Assembly: GCA_963798915.1 (NCBI GenBank)
Contig: CAWCVB010000002.1
Coordinates: forward strand, 160,001-224,000
Direction of reading: 5' to 3'
Length of the DNA: 64,000 nt
Source: an uncultured Gemmatimonadales bacterium
GTDB lineage: Bacteria > Gemmatimonadota > Gemmatimonadetes > Gemmatimonadales > GWC2-71-9
This document shows, in pieces, positions 33,312 through 43,977 of this stretch; position 1 is the stretch's first letter, and the number at the start of each line of letters is the position of its first letter. The notes beneath the pieces were generated by a model. The model was given only the letters and a program-made list of their open reading frames with translations, was not told the DNA's origin and made no database searches. The translations under genes and the position numbers were made by a program.

Positions 33312-35947
33312 ACCCGGCGCAATGGGCACGGGTCCAGGCACTGTTCCACGAAGCTCTGCACCTGCCGGCGGAGCAGCGCGAGCCCTTCATTGCCCGCATG
33401 GTCGGCAATGATCCCGAGCTGGCCGGCGAGCTGCGGACCATGCTCGATGCCGACGGCGACCATTCGCTGCTGGATGCCGGCCTCGGTGCGGTCGCGGGCC
33501 AGTTCCTGGCTCCGCGCGACGATGGTATTCCCGGAGACGCCTTTGGTCCCTACCGGCTGGAGAGCGTTCTTGGCGAGGGCGGCATGGGCGTGGTCTATCT
33601 CGCGACGAGGGCGGACATCGGCGGGCGGGCGGCGATCAAGATCCTGCGAGATGCCTGGCTTTCGCCGGCTCGCCGGGAGCGGTTTGCCGAGGAGCAGCGG
33701 ACCCTGGCGCAGCTGACTCACCCCGGCATCGCCAGGCTCTATGACGCAGGCGTGCTGGCGGACGGCACGCCCTGGTTCGCGATGGAGCATGTGGAGGGTG
33801 AGACGATTGCCGAATGGTGCCGCCGACGGCAGCCCTCCCTCGCCGATCGCCTCCGTTTGTTCCGATCGATCTGCGAGGCGGTCCAGGATGCGCATCGCCA
33901 CGCCATCATCCATCGCGACCTGAAGCCGTCCAACGTGCTGGTCACCCAGGACGGTGGCATCAAGCTGCTCGATTTTGGTATCGCCAAGCATATCGAAGAA
34001 AGCGGCGACGCGGCCGAACGCACCCGAACCGGCCTCCGGGCGATGACCCCGGCGTACGCGGCCCCGGAGCAGGTCACCGGCCGTCAGGTCGGGCTGCACA
34101 CGGACGTCTATTCGCTCGGCGTCATGCTGTACGAGTTGCTCACCGGGCGGCTCCCGTTTGAACTGGCTGGCCGCACCCCGTCAGAGGCGGTGCGGATCGT
34201 CGCCGAGCATGAGGCAGTGCGACCCTCGGCGGTTGCGCGTGCCGTGGCCTCCCGGGCGGGGAACCGGACGGCCGGCGCCAGCCGGGCGGCGTGGGCTGAT
34301 CTGGACGTACTCTGTCTCACCGCAATGCACCGTGATCCCGAACGCCGCTACCCGTCGGCCGAGGCGCTGATCCGGGATGTGGATCACTATCTGGCCGGGG
34401 AGCCGCTGGAGGCGCGGCCCGATTCGTTCGGTTACCGGGCCGGGAAGTTCATCGGTCGCCATCGCGGAGTCGTGACTGCGGCTTCGCTTGCCGTCGCCGC
34501 CCTGTCCGCGCTCTCCGCAGTCTACACCACAGGCCTGGCACGGGCCCGCGATACTGCGGTGAGCGAGGCAAGGAGAACCCAGCGGATCCAGCAATTCACA
34601 CTGAGTCTTTTCCGGGGAGGCGATGATGCGACCGAGCCGGCAGAAAGCCTGCGGGTGGTGACGCTGGTGGATCGGGGCCTCGAGGAAGCCCGGATGCTGG
34701 ACGGAGAACCCGCCGTTCAGGCCGAGCTGTTCCAGACGCTGGGCGGTCTGTACCAGCAGCTGGGTGATCTGCCGCGCGCGGACTCGCTGCTGAGCCTTGC
34801 GCTGTCGCGGAGGCAATCGCTGCCTGGCAGTGAAGCCGATGCGGCCCGGAGTCTCGTGACGCTTGGCCTGCTGCGGGCCGACCAGGCGCGGCTGGTCGAG
34901 GCGGAATCGCTCGTGCGGGCTGGCCAGCGCCTGACGGAGCGGTACACGAAGCTTGGCGATCCGGCCCGGATCCGGACGGCGGCGGCGCTGGGCCGGGTGC
35001 TGCAGGACAAGGGCGACTACGAGGCCGCCATTGCTGTCCTGAAAGAGGTGGCAACGCTCGACTCGGCTGGGAGCGAGGCGGCCAGCTACGCTGCCTCATT
35101 GAGCGCGCTTGCCAGCGCGCACTTCTATGCGGGACACTATGCCGAGGCGGACTCGCTCAACCTCCTGGTGCTGGCAATGCGGCGGCGTCTCTACGGGGCG
35201 AGGCACCCGGCGGTTGCGGAAGACCTGGTCAACCTGGGTGCGACCCAGTTCGAGCGGGGGAACTATGCCGCGGCGGAGCGGTACTATCGCGAGGCACTGG
35301 CTATCACCGAGGGGTGGTCTGGTCCGGAGCATCCCCGGACGGCAGCGCAGCTCACCATGCTGGCGCGCGCGCTCGTGTATCAGCAACGCACGGCGGAAGC
35401 CGTCCCGTTGCTGCAGCGCGCGCTCGCAATTCGAGAACGGGTATTCGGTCCGCGGCACCCCCAGGTGGCCTCCACACTGAACGACCTGGGTGCCGCCGCC
35501 TTGCAGGAGGAGCGGCCGCGCGAGGCGGAGGGTTACTTCAGGCGCATCGTTGCCATCTATCAGAAGACCTACCAGGGCAGGCACTGGCTCATCGGCACGG
35601 CGCAATCGAACCTGGCCAGCTCGCTTGCAGTCCAGGGCGACCTCCCCGGCGCCGAGACGCTGTATCGTGAGGCACTGGCAGAGTTCTCCGCGAGCCAGGG
35701 GCCGACCCACACCAATACGGGCATTGCGCATGTCAAGCTGGGCCGGGCATTGCTGCGCCAGGGGCGTGTGCGGGAGGCCGTCGTCGAGACGCGAACCGGC
35801 TATGACGTCCTGACGCCGCAGACGGAGGCCAACACCAGTTTCCTGCGGGCGGCCCGCCTGGACCTGGCGGCCGAGCACGAGGCCCTCGGTCAGCTCAGCG
35901 AGGCGGCCCGCTTCAGGGACGAGCAGGCACGAGTGGAAAAACAATAG
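33308..35947 (+). CDS. Transmembrane Ser/Thr protein kinase with C-terminal TPRs
   Basis: GEGGMGVVY, AIK, HRDLKPSN, DFG, YAAPEQ; TM helix; TPR repeats; ATGA overlap with the ECF gene. Confidence 0.94.
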   Translation: MNPAQWARVQALFHEALHLPAEQREPFIARMVGNDPELAGELRTMLDADGDHSLLDAGLGAVAGQFLAPRDDGIPGDAFGPYRLESVLGEGGMGVVYLATRADIGGRAAIKILRDAWLSPARRERFAEEQRTLAQLTHPGIARLYDAGVLADGTPWFAMEHVEGETIAEWCRRRQPSLADRLRLFRSICEAVQDAHRHAIIHRDLKPSNVLVTQDGGIKLLDFGIAKHIEESGDAAERTRTGLRAMTPAYAAPEQVTGRQVGLHTDVYSLGVMLYELLTGRLPFELAGRTPSEAVRIVAEHEAVRPSAVARAVASRAGNRTAGASRAAWADLDVLCLTAMHRDPERRYPSAEALIRDVDHYLAGEPLEARPDSFGYRAGKFIGRHRGVVTAASLAVAALSALSAVYTTGLARARDTAVSEARRTQRIQQFTLSLFRGGDDATEPAESLRVVTLVDRGLEEARMLDGEPAVQAELFQTLGGLYQQLGDLPRADSLLSLALSRRQSLPGSEADAARSLVTLGLLRADQARLVEAESLVRAGQRLTERYTKLGDPARIRTAAALGRVLQDKGDYEAAIAVLKEVATLDSAGSEAASYAASLSALASAHFYAGHYAEADSLNLLVLAMRRRLYGARHPAVAEDLVNLGATQFERGNYAAAERYYREALAITEGWSGPEHPRTAAQLTMLARALVYQQRTAEAVPLLQRALAIRERVFGPRHPQVASTLNDLGAAALQEERPREAEGYFRRIVAIYQKTYQGRHWLIGTAQSNLASSLAVQGDLPGAETLYREALAEFSASQGPTHTNTGIAHVKLGRALLRQGRVREAVVETRTGYDVLTPQTEANTSFLRAARLDLAAEHEALGQLSEAARFRDEQARVEKQ

Positions 35948-35977
35948 GGCTGACCGCGCTTTCCATCGGAGAAGATT

Positions 35978-36613
35978 GTGCTCGCCAACTGGATCACCCT
36001 TTCCCGCCTGCCGCTGCTGCTGGTGATTGTGCTGATCATCTATCTTGGGCCGCCCGGTCTCCAGCTTGCCGGCGTGGTGCTGCTCTTTGTCGGCCTCATG
36101 CTTGATACCGTGGACGGGCTGGTCGCTCGACGCCGGCAGGAGACCAGTCTCTTTGGCAGCGTCCTCGACATCGCCGCCGACCGAACCTACGAGCTGGTGC
36201 TCTGGGTGGTGTTCGCCGAGCTGGGCATGATCGCCGCGGCGGTGCCGCTGATCGTAATTGCCCGCACCACGCTTACCGATGCGTTCCGCAGCATTGGCGT
36301 GGGGCAGGGAATCGCGCCCTTTGCGCAGCACCGCACCAGGCTGGGCCGCTTCCTCGTAGGATCGTCTTTCATGCGGACGGGCTACGCCGTGACCAAGGTC
36401 GTGGCGTTCTGCGGGCTGGCACTCACGCATGCGCTGGCTGGCTTCGGGCTGGAGACCGGCGCGCCAGCGGCGGTCCCCACGCTGCTGAAAATATTTCAGG
36501 CGGTCAGCTGGGTCGCGGTTTTCTTCTGCGTCTTCCGCGGCCTGCCCGTCATCATTCGGACGCTCAAGGATTACTGGGGACTAGGGATTGAGGGGATAGG
36601 GAATAGGGGTTAG
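35978..36613 (+). CDS. CDP-alcohol phosphatidyltransferase
   Basis: ANWITLSR; DTVDGLVAR..SLFG..LD..AD. Confidence 0.9.
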   Translation: MLANWITLSRLPLLLVIVLIIYLGPPGLQLAGVVLLFVGLMLDTVDGLVARRRQETSLFGSVLDIAADRTYELVLWVVFAELGMIAAAVPLIVIARTTLTDAFRSIGVGQGIAPFAQHRTRLGRFLVGSSFMRTGYAVTKVVAFCGLALTHALAGFGLETGAPAAVPTLLKIFQAVSWVAVFFCVFRGLPVIIRTLKDYWGLGIEGIGNRG

Positions 36614-36697
36614 GGGATGGGGCATAGGCGATAGGGAATAGAGGTGCGACTCCGGCCTTCATTCCCAATCCCGAATCCCTAATCCCGAATCCCTATC
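36575..36697. repeat. Inverted heptamer sets (GGGRATA / AATCCCK) between convergent genes
   Basis: G-rich repeats run into the upstream stop codon; C-rich repeats precede the downstream stop. Confidence 0.75.
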
Positions 36698-37757
36698 CCC
36701 ACCAGAACGCCGTGGCGATGATGGCGTAGACCGCGATGAGCGTGGCGCCCTCGAGCCAGTCGGATTCGCCATCAAAGGTGATGAACGCCGAGAGGATCAC
36801 CGCCAGCGAGACGGAGAGGATCAGCATCGGGGAAAACACCAGCGTGAGCGGCGCGAGGCCAAAGAGCTGGGAGATGATCACCAGCAGGGGCGCGAGCACC
36901 AGTGCAATCTGCAGCGGCGAGTTGATGACCACGGCAAAGGCAAATTCCGCCTGGTTTCTGGCCGCGAGCTGGATGCCCACGAAATTCTCCACGGCGTTGC
37001 CCGCGATGGCCACGATGACCAGCCCGGCAAATGCCTCGGAAATGCCCAGGGCATGCATGGACGGTTCGAGCGCGTGGACAAACCAGTTGGAGACGAAACC
37101 CGCCAACGTGCCGGCCATGCCCAGGACGATGAGTGCCGACGCGGTGCTCCAGCGCGGAGTTCTTCCCTTGGGCGGCTGGGGACCGCCGGACTGCTTCTTC
37201 CGCAGCGAATGCGGCAGGATCAGCAGGAAGAGGGTGAGCAGGATGCACGAAACCACCAGCGAAAGCGCCTTTTCATGTTCGGCGGCGGGGGTGTGGGTGT
37301 AGTGCGCCAGCGAGGGCAGCACCAGCCCGGCCACGGACAGTACCATCAGCACGGTGATGTGGCGGGCGCGCTCCGATCCGAGTTGCTGGCGACCGTGCCG
37401 CAGGCCACCGACCAGGAAGCAGATGCCCAGGATGAAGAGCAGGTTGGCGAGGATGGAGCCGATCAGGGCGGCCTGCACCACGGCCACCAGGCCGGCGCGC
37501 AGGGCAAAGATCGCGATAAAGAGTTCCGGCAGGTTACCGAGCGCGGTCTGCAGGATGCTGGTGGCCCCCGGCCCGAAGCGCTCGCCCAGCTGCTCCACCG
37601 CTCGGCCCACCAGCATGGCCAGCATGGCAATGGCGACGGCGGAACAGGCCAGCGCCAGCACCGACCCGCCGAGCCCAACGCGGGTAATGCCCGCCAGGAC
37701 CACCGCCACCGCTCCGCCGGCCATGATGGCGCGGTCGGAGCGGCTGAGGCTGCTCAC
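36693..37757 (-). CDS. Ca2+/H+ antiporter (CaCA family)
   Basis: GNLPE and GNAVE alpha repeats, GSILAN, S.LQIAL, WLEG; GTG start overlaps the gdh stop. Confidence 0.92.
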   Translation of the reverse strand: MSSLSRSDRAIMAGGAVAVVLAGITRVGLGGSVLALACSAVAIAMLAMLVGRAVEQLGERFGPGATSILQTALGNLPELFIAIFALRAGLVAVVQAALIGSILANLLFILGICFLVGGLRHGRQQLGSERARHITVLMVLSVAGLVLPSLAHYTHTPAAEHEKALSLVVSCILLTLFLLILPHSLRKKQSGGPQPPKGRTPRWSTASALIVLGMAGTLAGFVSNWFVHALEPSMHALGISEAFAGLVIVAIAGNAVENFVGIQLAARNQAEFAFAVVINSPLQIALVLAPLLVIISQLFGLAPLTLVFSPMLILSVSLAVILSAFITFDGESDWLEGATLIAVYAIIATAFWWG

Positions 37758-39172
37758 GGAAAGATGCCGAGCTGCTCGTAACTCATGGCCACCTTGTTGA
37801 TCGCCACGATCATGGCCGCGGTGCGCTGGTTGATGTTGCCGTGCTGCTTCCACAGCTCGCGGATGGGGTGGTAGGCACCGATCATGGTTTCTTCCAGACC
37901 GGAATTAACCAGATCTTCCTCGCTGGCGCCGTGGGTGAGCCGGGCGCTCTCCTCATCGGTAAATTCCCGGCCGGCGACGTTTTCCACGGCGGAAAGCAGT
38001 CGTTCGAACGCTCCCTCCTCGAACCGCTTCTGCATGCGACCGAAGCGGACGTGCCCCAGGTTCTTGACCCACTCGAAGTAGGAGACGGTCACGCCGCCTG
38101 CATTGATATAGGTATCCGGCACGACCATGACGCCGCGCTGGTACAGGATATCAGCCGCCTCCGATGTGGTTGGACCGTTGGCCGCCTCGATGACGATCCT
38201 GGCCTTGACCCGGGGCGCATTCTCTTCGGTGATCTGCCGCTCGAGCGCTGCCGGAATGAGGATGTCGCAATCGAGTTCCAGCGCGTCCTCGCGCCGGGCC
38301 AGGTTGGTGGCACCAGGGAAGTTGCTCACGCCGCCGGTGGCGCGGCGATGTTCCATGACCTTGTCGATGTCGAACCCTTTCGGGTTGCTGATCGCGCCCT
38401 CCGACTCGGCGACCCCGACGATGATGGCCCCGCCTTCCTGGAAGAATTTGGCCGCGTAGTAGCCGACGTTGCCCAAGCCCTGCACCACGATCCGCTTGCC
38501 CTCGAGCCCGGTGCTGAGGCCGAGGGGCTTCATGTCCTCGGTGATCCGGCAGAGTTCCCGGGTACCGAAGAACACGCCGCGTCCCGTGGCTTCGGTTCGG
38601 CCGCGGATGCCACCGGAGCTGACCGGCTTGGCGGTGACGCACGCCAGCGCATCGAGTTCGCCGCTCTTGAGCTGGCTGTAGGTGTCGGCAATCCAGGCCA
38701 TTTCCCGTGCGCCGGTGCCCACATCGGGCGCCGGCACATCCAGACCGGGACCCATGAAGTTCTTGCGCACCAGCTCGAAGACATAGCGCCGGGTGATGCG
38801 CTCGAGCTCGCCTTCGGAGTAGGTCTTGGGCTTGAGCCGGATGCCACCCTTGGCGCCGCCAAAGGGGACGTCCACGAGGGCGCACTTGTAGGTCATGAGC
38901 GCGGCCAGCGCCTGGACCTCGTCGGCGTCCACGCTCTCCGCATACCGGATGCCGCCCTTGCAGGGAAGCTTGTGGTGGCTATGCTCGGCGCGCCACGCGT
39001 GCATCACCTCGATCCGGCCGTCATCGCGCTTGATGGGGAAGCTGGAGTAGAACAGGTTCTTGCAGGCCTTGATGTTGGCCAGCAGCGTCGGATCGTGCGA
39101 GGTGAAGCTGGCGGCATGATCGAAGGCGCGGTTGACCTGCTCGAGGAAGCTGGCACCCACGGACACGGGCAT
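37754..39172 (-). CDS. gdhA: Glutamate dehydrogenase (Glu/Leu/Phe/Val family)
   Basis: KGGIRY, MTYK, FGGAKGG, PAPD, GLGNVG, EAANGP, NAGGV..SYFEW; AGGAG RBS. Confidence 0.93.
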   Translation of the reverse strand: MPVSVGASFLEQVNRAFDHAASFTSHDPTLLANIKACKNLFYSSFPIKRDDGRIEVMHAWRAEHSHHKLPCKGGIRYAESVDADEVQALAALMTYKCALVDVPFGGAKGGIRLKPKTYSEGELERITRRYVFELVRKNFMGPGLDVPAPDVGTGAREMAWIADTYSQLKSGELDALACVTAKPVSSGGIRGRTEATGRGVFFGTRELCRITEDMKPLGLSTGLEGKRIVVQGLGNVGYYAAKFFQEGGAIIVGVAESEGAISNPKGFDIDKVMEHRRATGGVSNFPGATNLARREDALELDCDILIPAALERQITEENAPRVKARIVIEAANGPTTSEAADILYQRGVMVVPDTYINAGGVTVSYFEWVKNLGHVRFGRMQKRFEEGAFERLLSAVENVAGREFTDEESARLTHGASEEDLVNSGLEETMIGAYHPIRELWKQHGNINQRTAAMIVAINKVAMSYEQLGIFP

Positions 39173-39215
39173 TCTCCTGTTCAAGGAACGGAAGGGCAGA
39201 GACGGGACTGACAGG

Positions 39216-42200
39216 TCAGGAATGTTGCTTGGCGGCGGGCTTGGCGTCCAGCGCTTCGCGAATCTTCACCGCCAGGGTCCCGAGCTCAAATGGCTTGGCC
39301 AGCACGTCAGTGTCGGGGTCCACGATCCCGCGGGCCACGAGGTCGTCAAAGGCGTAGCCACTCACCAGGACCACCGGCAGCGACGGCCGGTCGCCCCGGA
39401 GGCGGGCGCGCAGACTCACGCCATCCAGCCGCGGCATGGTGATGTCGCTCAGCAGCAGCCCGATACCAGTGCCCCTGTCACGAGCCAGCTCCAGTGCATG
39501 CGCGCCGTCCTCGGCTTCCAGCACCGTGTAGCCCAGCCCTCGGAGCGAGCGCGCCATCCAGCGGCGCACCGGTTCCTCGTCCTCGGCCACCAGGATGGTT
39601 TCCGATCCGTGGGGCGGCTCCAGCGCAGGCGCGGGATGCTGGATCGCCGCGCGCTCGGCCACTTGAGGGAGGTCGATCCTAAACGTGGTCCCCTTGCCAG
39701 GCTCGCTGTCCACCCAGATGAAGCCGCCGCCCTGCTTCACCGTGCCGTAGACGCTGGCGAGCCCGAGCCCGGTGCCCTGGCCGCTTGCCTTGGTGGTGAA
39801 GAATGGCTCGAAGATCCGCTCGAGTGTCGGCGAGTCCATGCCGCTGCCGGTGTCGCGCACGATCAGCCTGCTGTAGGTGCCGGCCGGGACATGCACCGCC
39901 GGAGCCGGCGGTGCCATCGGGTCGGTGACATGAACTCTGGCGGTCTCGATCTCGAGGTGGTCGCCCACCGTCATCGCATCGCGGGCATTGAGCACCAGGT
40001 TGATCAGGACCTGCTCGAACTGGGCTTCGTCCACCCGCACCGCGCCAACATCCTGTCCCAGGTGAATGTCCAGGGAGATGTCAGCGGGCAGCAGCCGCCG
40101 CAGGGTCCGTTCCCGGCTGCCCACCAACGCGTTGAGTTCGATCACGGAGAAGGTGGCCGGCGCCCGCCGGCTGAAGGCCAGCAGCTGGCGGGTAATGACC
40201 GCTGAGCGTTCGGCGGCGGAGATGATCTGGGTAACGTCGGACCGGTCGCTCTCGGAGAGCTGCTTCGACTGCGCCAGGAAATTGGCAAAGCCGAGCACCG
40301 CCGTCATCTGGTTATTGATCTCATGGGCGACGCCACCGGCCAGCTTGGCGGTGGCCTGGATCCGTCCCGCCTCCACCAGCTGCTGCTGCAGACGCTGGTG
40401 GTGTGTCACATCCTCAAATGCAACCAGGATGCTTCCCTCGGGAATCCCGGCGCGCTGGATCCGGCGGGCATTGATGAGGAAGGTTCGCCGCTCCCCCGCG
40501 ACCGGGATGGTGGTGATCTCGTGGCTCTCGATGCTGGCATTGCTGCGGGAGACCGCCGTCAGCAGGCGGGCGAGTTCGTTGCTACCCCACTCGCCTGCGC
40601 CCAGTTCCCAGAGCGGCTGTCCGTCTGGCTGCGTCCCACTTGGGACGAATGACCGCCGGAATGCCTCGTTGGTGGTGACGACGCGCATGTTGCCGTCGAG
40701 CACCAGCAATGGCTCGCGGACCGTCGCGAGGATGGCGTCGCTCAGTCGGCGCTCCTCCTTGGCCTGGTCCACCTCCTGCTTGAGCCAGTTGATGTCCAGG
40801 ATGACTGCGAGGACGCTGTTCGGTTTCCCGGCATGGGCAATGGGCCAGACCCGCAGCGAATGCCAGCCACCATCGGGGTACTGCACGTCCTGGGTCTGCA
40901 GGTTTCCTTCGGCCAGGGCGCGTTCCGCGAGCGAGCGAAAGGTTTCCGACCGGCACCGGCAACTTCATCTCGTTCAGGCTCTGGCCCAGGATCGGACGCT
41001 TCAGCCTGAAGGCTGCGACCGCGGCGGTATTGACCGCCTGCAGCTGCTGATTCTGGCCCAGCAACAGGATCGGGAAATCCATCGCTTCCAGCAGGCTGGT
41101 AATTTCCGCATTGCGGGTGAGCAGCTCCGTGTTGTTCTCCTGGATCTGCTCGTTGACGGTGCTCAGTTCTTCCTTGGTTGACTCCAGCTCTTCGTTGGTG
41201 CTCTGGAACTCTTCGTTGGCCGAGAGGCTGGCTTCATAGGCCGCCTGCAGCTCGGCATGGATCTCGTCCTGCTGGTCGATGACAGACTGCAGGTACTCCT
41301 TGGTGTCCGCCAGCTCCTGTTCCAGCTCCACGGTGTGCTGGTCTTCGGATGGGGCCGCCGAATTCCTGCGCGCCGGCTTCCGGTCAGGCGGGGCTACCTG
41401 GAAGGTGACCAGGACGTAGTCATCCTCTCCGTCATCCGCCGGCAGAGGGAAGACCCGCACCGAGACAAAGATGACTCGCTTCCCGACATGGACCGGCAGG
41501 TCATAGCGACTGGCTTCGCGCTTTTCCTTCCGGGCCTTTCGCACCAGCCGGCCCAGCGCCACTTGCAGATCGGGATGAGACAGCTTCAGGAGATTGGTGG
41601 TCGGCCCGCCGACAGGCGCCTCCAGCAATCCCCGTGTCGAACCTTGAAAGTGACGGATTTCCATCGCCGAGTTTACGATCACGCTGCCGGTCGGGAGCTG
41701 GGAGAACAGGGTGTGCTCGGCGATGCGCCGGAGCTCCGCGTCCGTCCGGGTCGCATCCGCGGTTGCCTGGGCGCGGCCCGGGACCGGACGTCCGCCACTC
41801 CAGCTGCGGCTCAGTTCCAGGTGACTGGGCACCGTGCGCCGCAGGAACACCTTGTGCTTCCGGTCCAGGGGCGAGAACAGCTGGCCCAGGCCCGCCACCG
41901 ACTCGGCCGAGCCCACGGCCAGGAACCCGCCCGGCTTGAGGGCGTAGTGCAGGGTGTGCAGCACCCGCTGCTGCAGCACCGGCTCGAGATAGATCAGCAG
42001 ATTCCGGCAAATGACCAGATCCAGCTGCGCAAATGGCGGATCCTGGGTCACGTCCTGGCGGGCAAAGATGCACGTGTCACGCAGCTGCTGGATGATCTGG
42101 TAGCCGTTTTCCACCGGCACGAAGTAGCGCTGGAGCCGCTCGGCGGAAACGTGCGTGGTGATGTCGCGACTGTAGCGCCCCTTCCGCGCGGCGAGGATAG

Positions 42201-43302
42201 CCGTTTCGCTCAGGTCGCTGGCGAAGATCTTGACTTGAATATTGGACGTCAGCTCCTCGAGGCCCTCGGCGAAAACGATCGCGGTGGAGTATACCTCCTC
42301 ACCGGTGGCGCACCCGACCACCCAGATGCGCAGCGGGACGCCGGCCGGTCGGTGTGCAATCAAGGCTGGCAGCACCGTCTGGCGCAGGACGTCGAACGTG
42401 GCCGGCTCCCGGAAGAAGTCGGTCACGTGAATCAATACCTTCTTGAACAGCGCCTTGGTTTCCGAGGGTGTCTTCTGCAGGTATGAGAGGTAGGTCGTGA
42501 GATTGGGCAGCCCCAGCTCCGACGCACGGCGCACCACCCGGCGGGCCATGGTTGCCCGCTTGTAGTGCTGAAAGTTGGTGCCTTCGGCTTCCTGGAGCCT
42601 GGCCACGATGGTTGTAAGCGCGTCGGTGTCGTCGCTGGTCATCTCCAGTGCGGGCTCGGGCGTGGCCAGCGCGGCCTCCGCGGCCGGTGCCGGCCGATCG
42701 TCCGGCGAGGTGCGGGCCAGCCCGGCGACATGGTGCGCGATGGCCACGGGCGGCAGGGTGTGGTCCACACCTCCGGCCTCGACCGCCGCGCGAGGCATGC
42801 CGTCGTAGGTGGCGGAGCCGAAGTCCTGCGCATACGTCACTCCGCCATGTTCCTTGATGGCCTTGAGGCCCGCCGCCCCATCCGACCCGGTGCCAGAGAG
42901 CACGATCCCCACGGCCGCGGCGCCCCATTGGTCTGCCAGCGACTTGAAGCACTCGTCGATGACCGTGGGCATGCCGTCACGCTCGGGTCGGGGCTCGAGC
43001 CGCACTGTACCATCATGAATCAGCATGCGCCGGTCAGGTGGCAGCACGTGTACGCGGTCGGGAAGCAACGGCATTTCGTCGCGTGCCTCCACCACGGGCA
43101 TCTCGGTGACCCGCATCATCAGGTCGGTCAGCCGGCTGGGATGGGTGGGCGAAAGGTGCGGAATCAGGAGGAAGGCGCAGCCGGTGTCGGTGGGGAGCGC
43201 GCCGAGCAGCGCGGAGAACGCATCAAGCCCGCCGGCGGACGCGCCGATTCCGACCACACGCGTCGGGTGTAGCGTCTGCGCAGGCCGCGCCTTAGCCGAC
43301 AT
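39216..43302 (-). CDS. CheB-CheR-PAS-histidine kinase-receiver fusion, split by a frameshift near 40946
   Basis: GASAGG and GTGSDG (CheB); GCATGEE and CRNLLIY (CheR); NEE coiled coil; AHEINN, NARDA, FFTTK, GTGLGL (kinase); receiver domain; two ORFs join on removing one base; start approximate. Confidence 0.85.
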
Positions 43303-43591
43303 GAGGCCAGGCGATGCACGCACGCGCCGAACGCGCAGGCGCGGGCCGCTGCGAAGTGGAATCCTGGGCATGGATCCGGCCCTGTCTGAGGGCCGGGCAG
43401 CATATCACTGCATCAACGTCCGTGAACGGACGCAAAGTCATGGTCATTCCCGGAAGGGAGTACAACGCCATCTTGAACGTAGAGGCCGGCGCGACCGCCG
43501 TCAAACGGGATGGCATTGCGCCCGATGTGAATGATCCGGAACCCTCCCGCGTGATCATCGGCGGGTCGGGCACTCTGCAACGTCGGGCTGG

Positions 43592-43924
43592 TCAGGTACG
43601 CTGGCGGTGGCGGAGCAGGTCCGCACCCAGTATCAGGCCCAGCACCGTGACGCCACCTCCCAGGAACTGAAGCAGCTCCATGGCGGAGGCAGCGTAGCCG
43701 TTCTGCGAGATGGCCAGTTCCGTCAGCGTCGTCACCTGCATGGCCGACGGCGTGCGGGTGCCTGCTTCCACCTCGGTTGCATATTGGCGCCACTTGGCAA
43801 TGGTGCTGGCGTCGAGTGCATCACGGCGGGCCAGCCGCCCGCCGATGACGGTGCCGGCTCCCAGCAGAACGAGGCAGGCGGCGATGACCAGCCAACCGGT
43901 GACGGCCTTGCGCATGGACGACAC
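43592..43924 (-). CDS. Small two-TM hypothetical protein
   Basis: GGGAG RBS; two hydrophobic helices. Confidence 0.7.
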   Translation of the reverse strand: MSSMRKAVTGWLVIAACLVLLGAGTVIGGRLARRDALDASTIAKWRQYATEVEAGTRTPSAMQVTTLTELAISQNGYAASAMELLQFLGGGVTVLGLILGADLLRHRQRT

Positions 43925-43977
43925 GCTCCCTTCAGTAATGTGATTGGTTCGGCGCGAAGCCGGCGGTCGCCGCGAAG

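Noticed and set aside
37841..39211. Long antisense or alternate-frame ORFs (also 10093-11514, 54594-56192, 61691-63160)
   Set aside because: Shadow ORFs expected in high-GC DNA overlapping well-supported genes
43405..43470. GGACGCAAAG resembling a c-di-GMP-I riboswitch
   Set aside because: Lacks the upstream GGCAAAC and GNRA hairpin, and no plus-strand gene lies downstream
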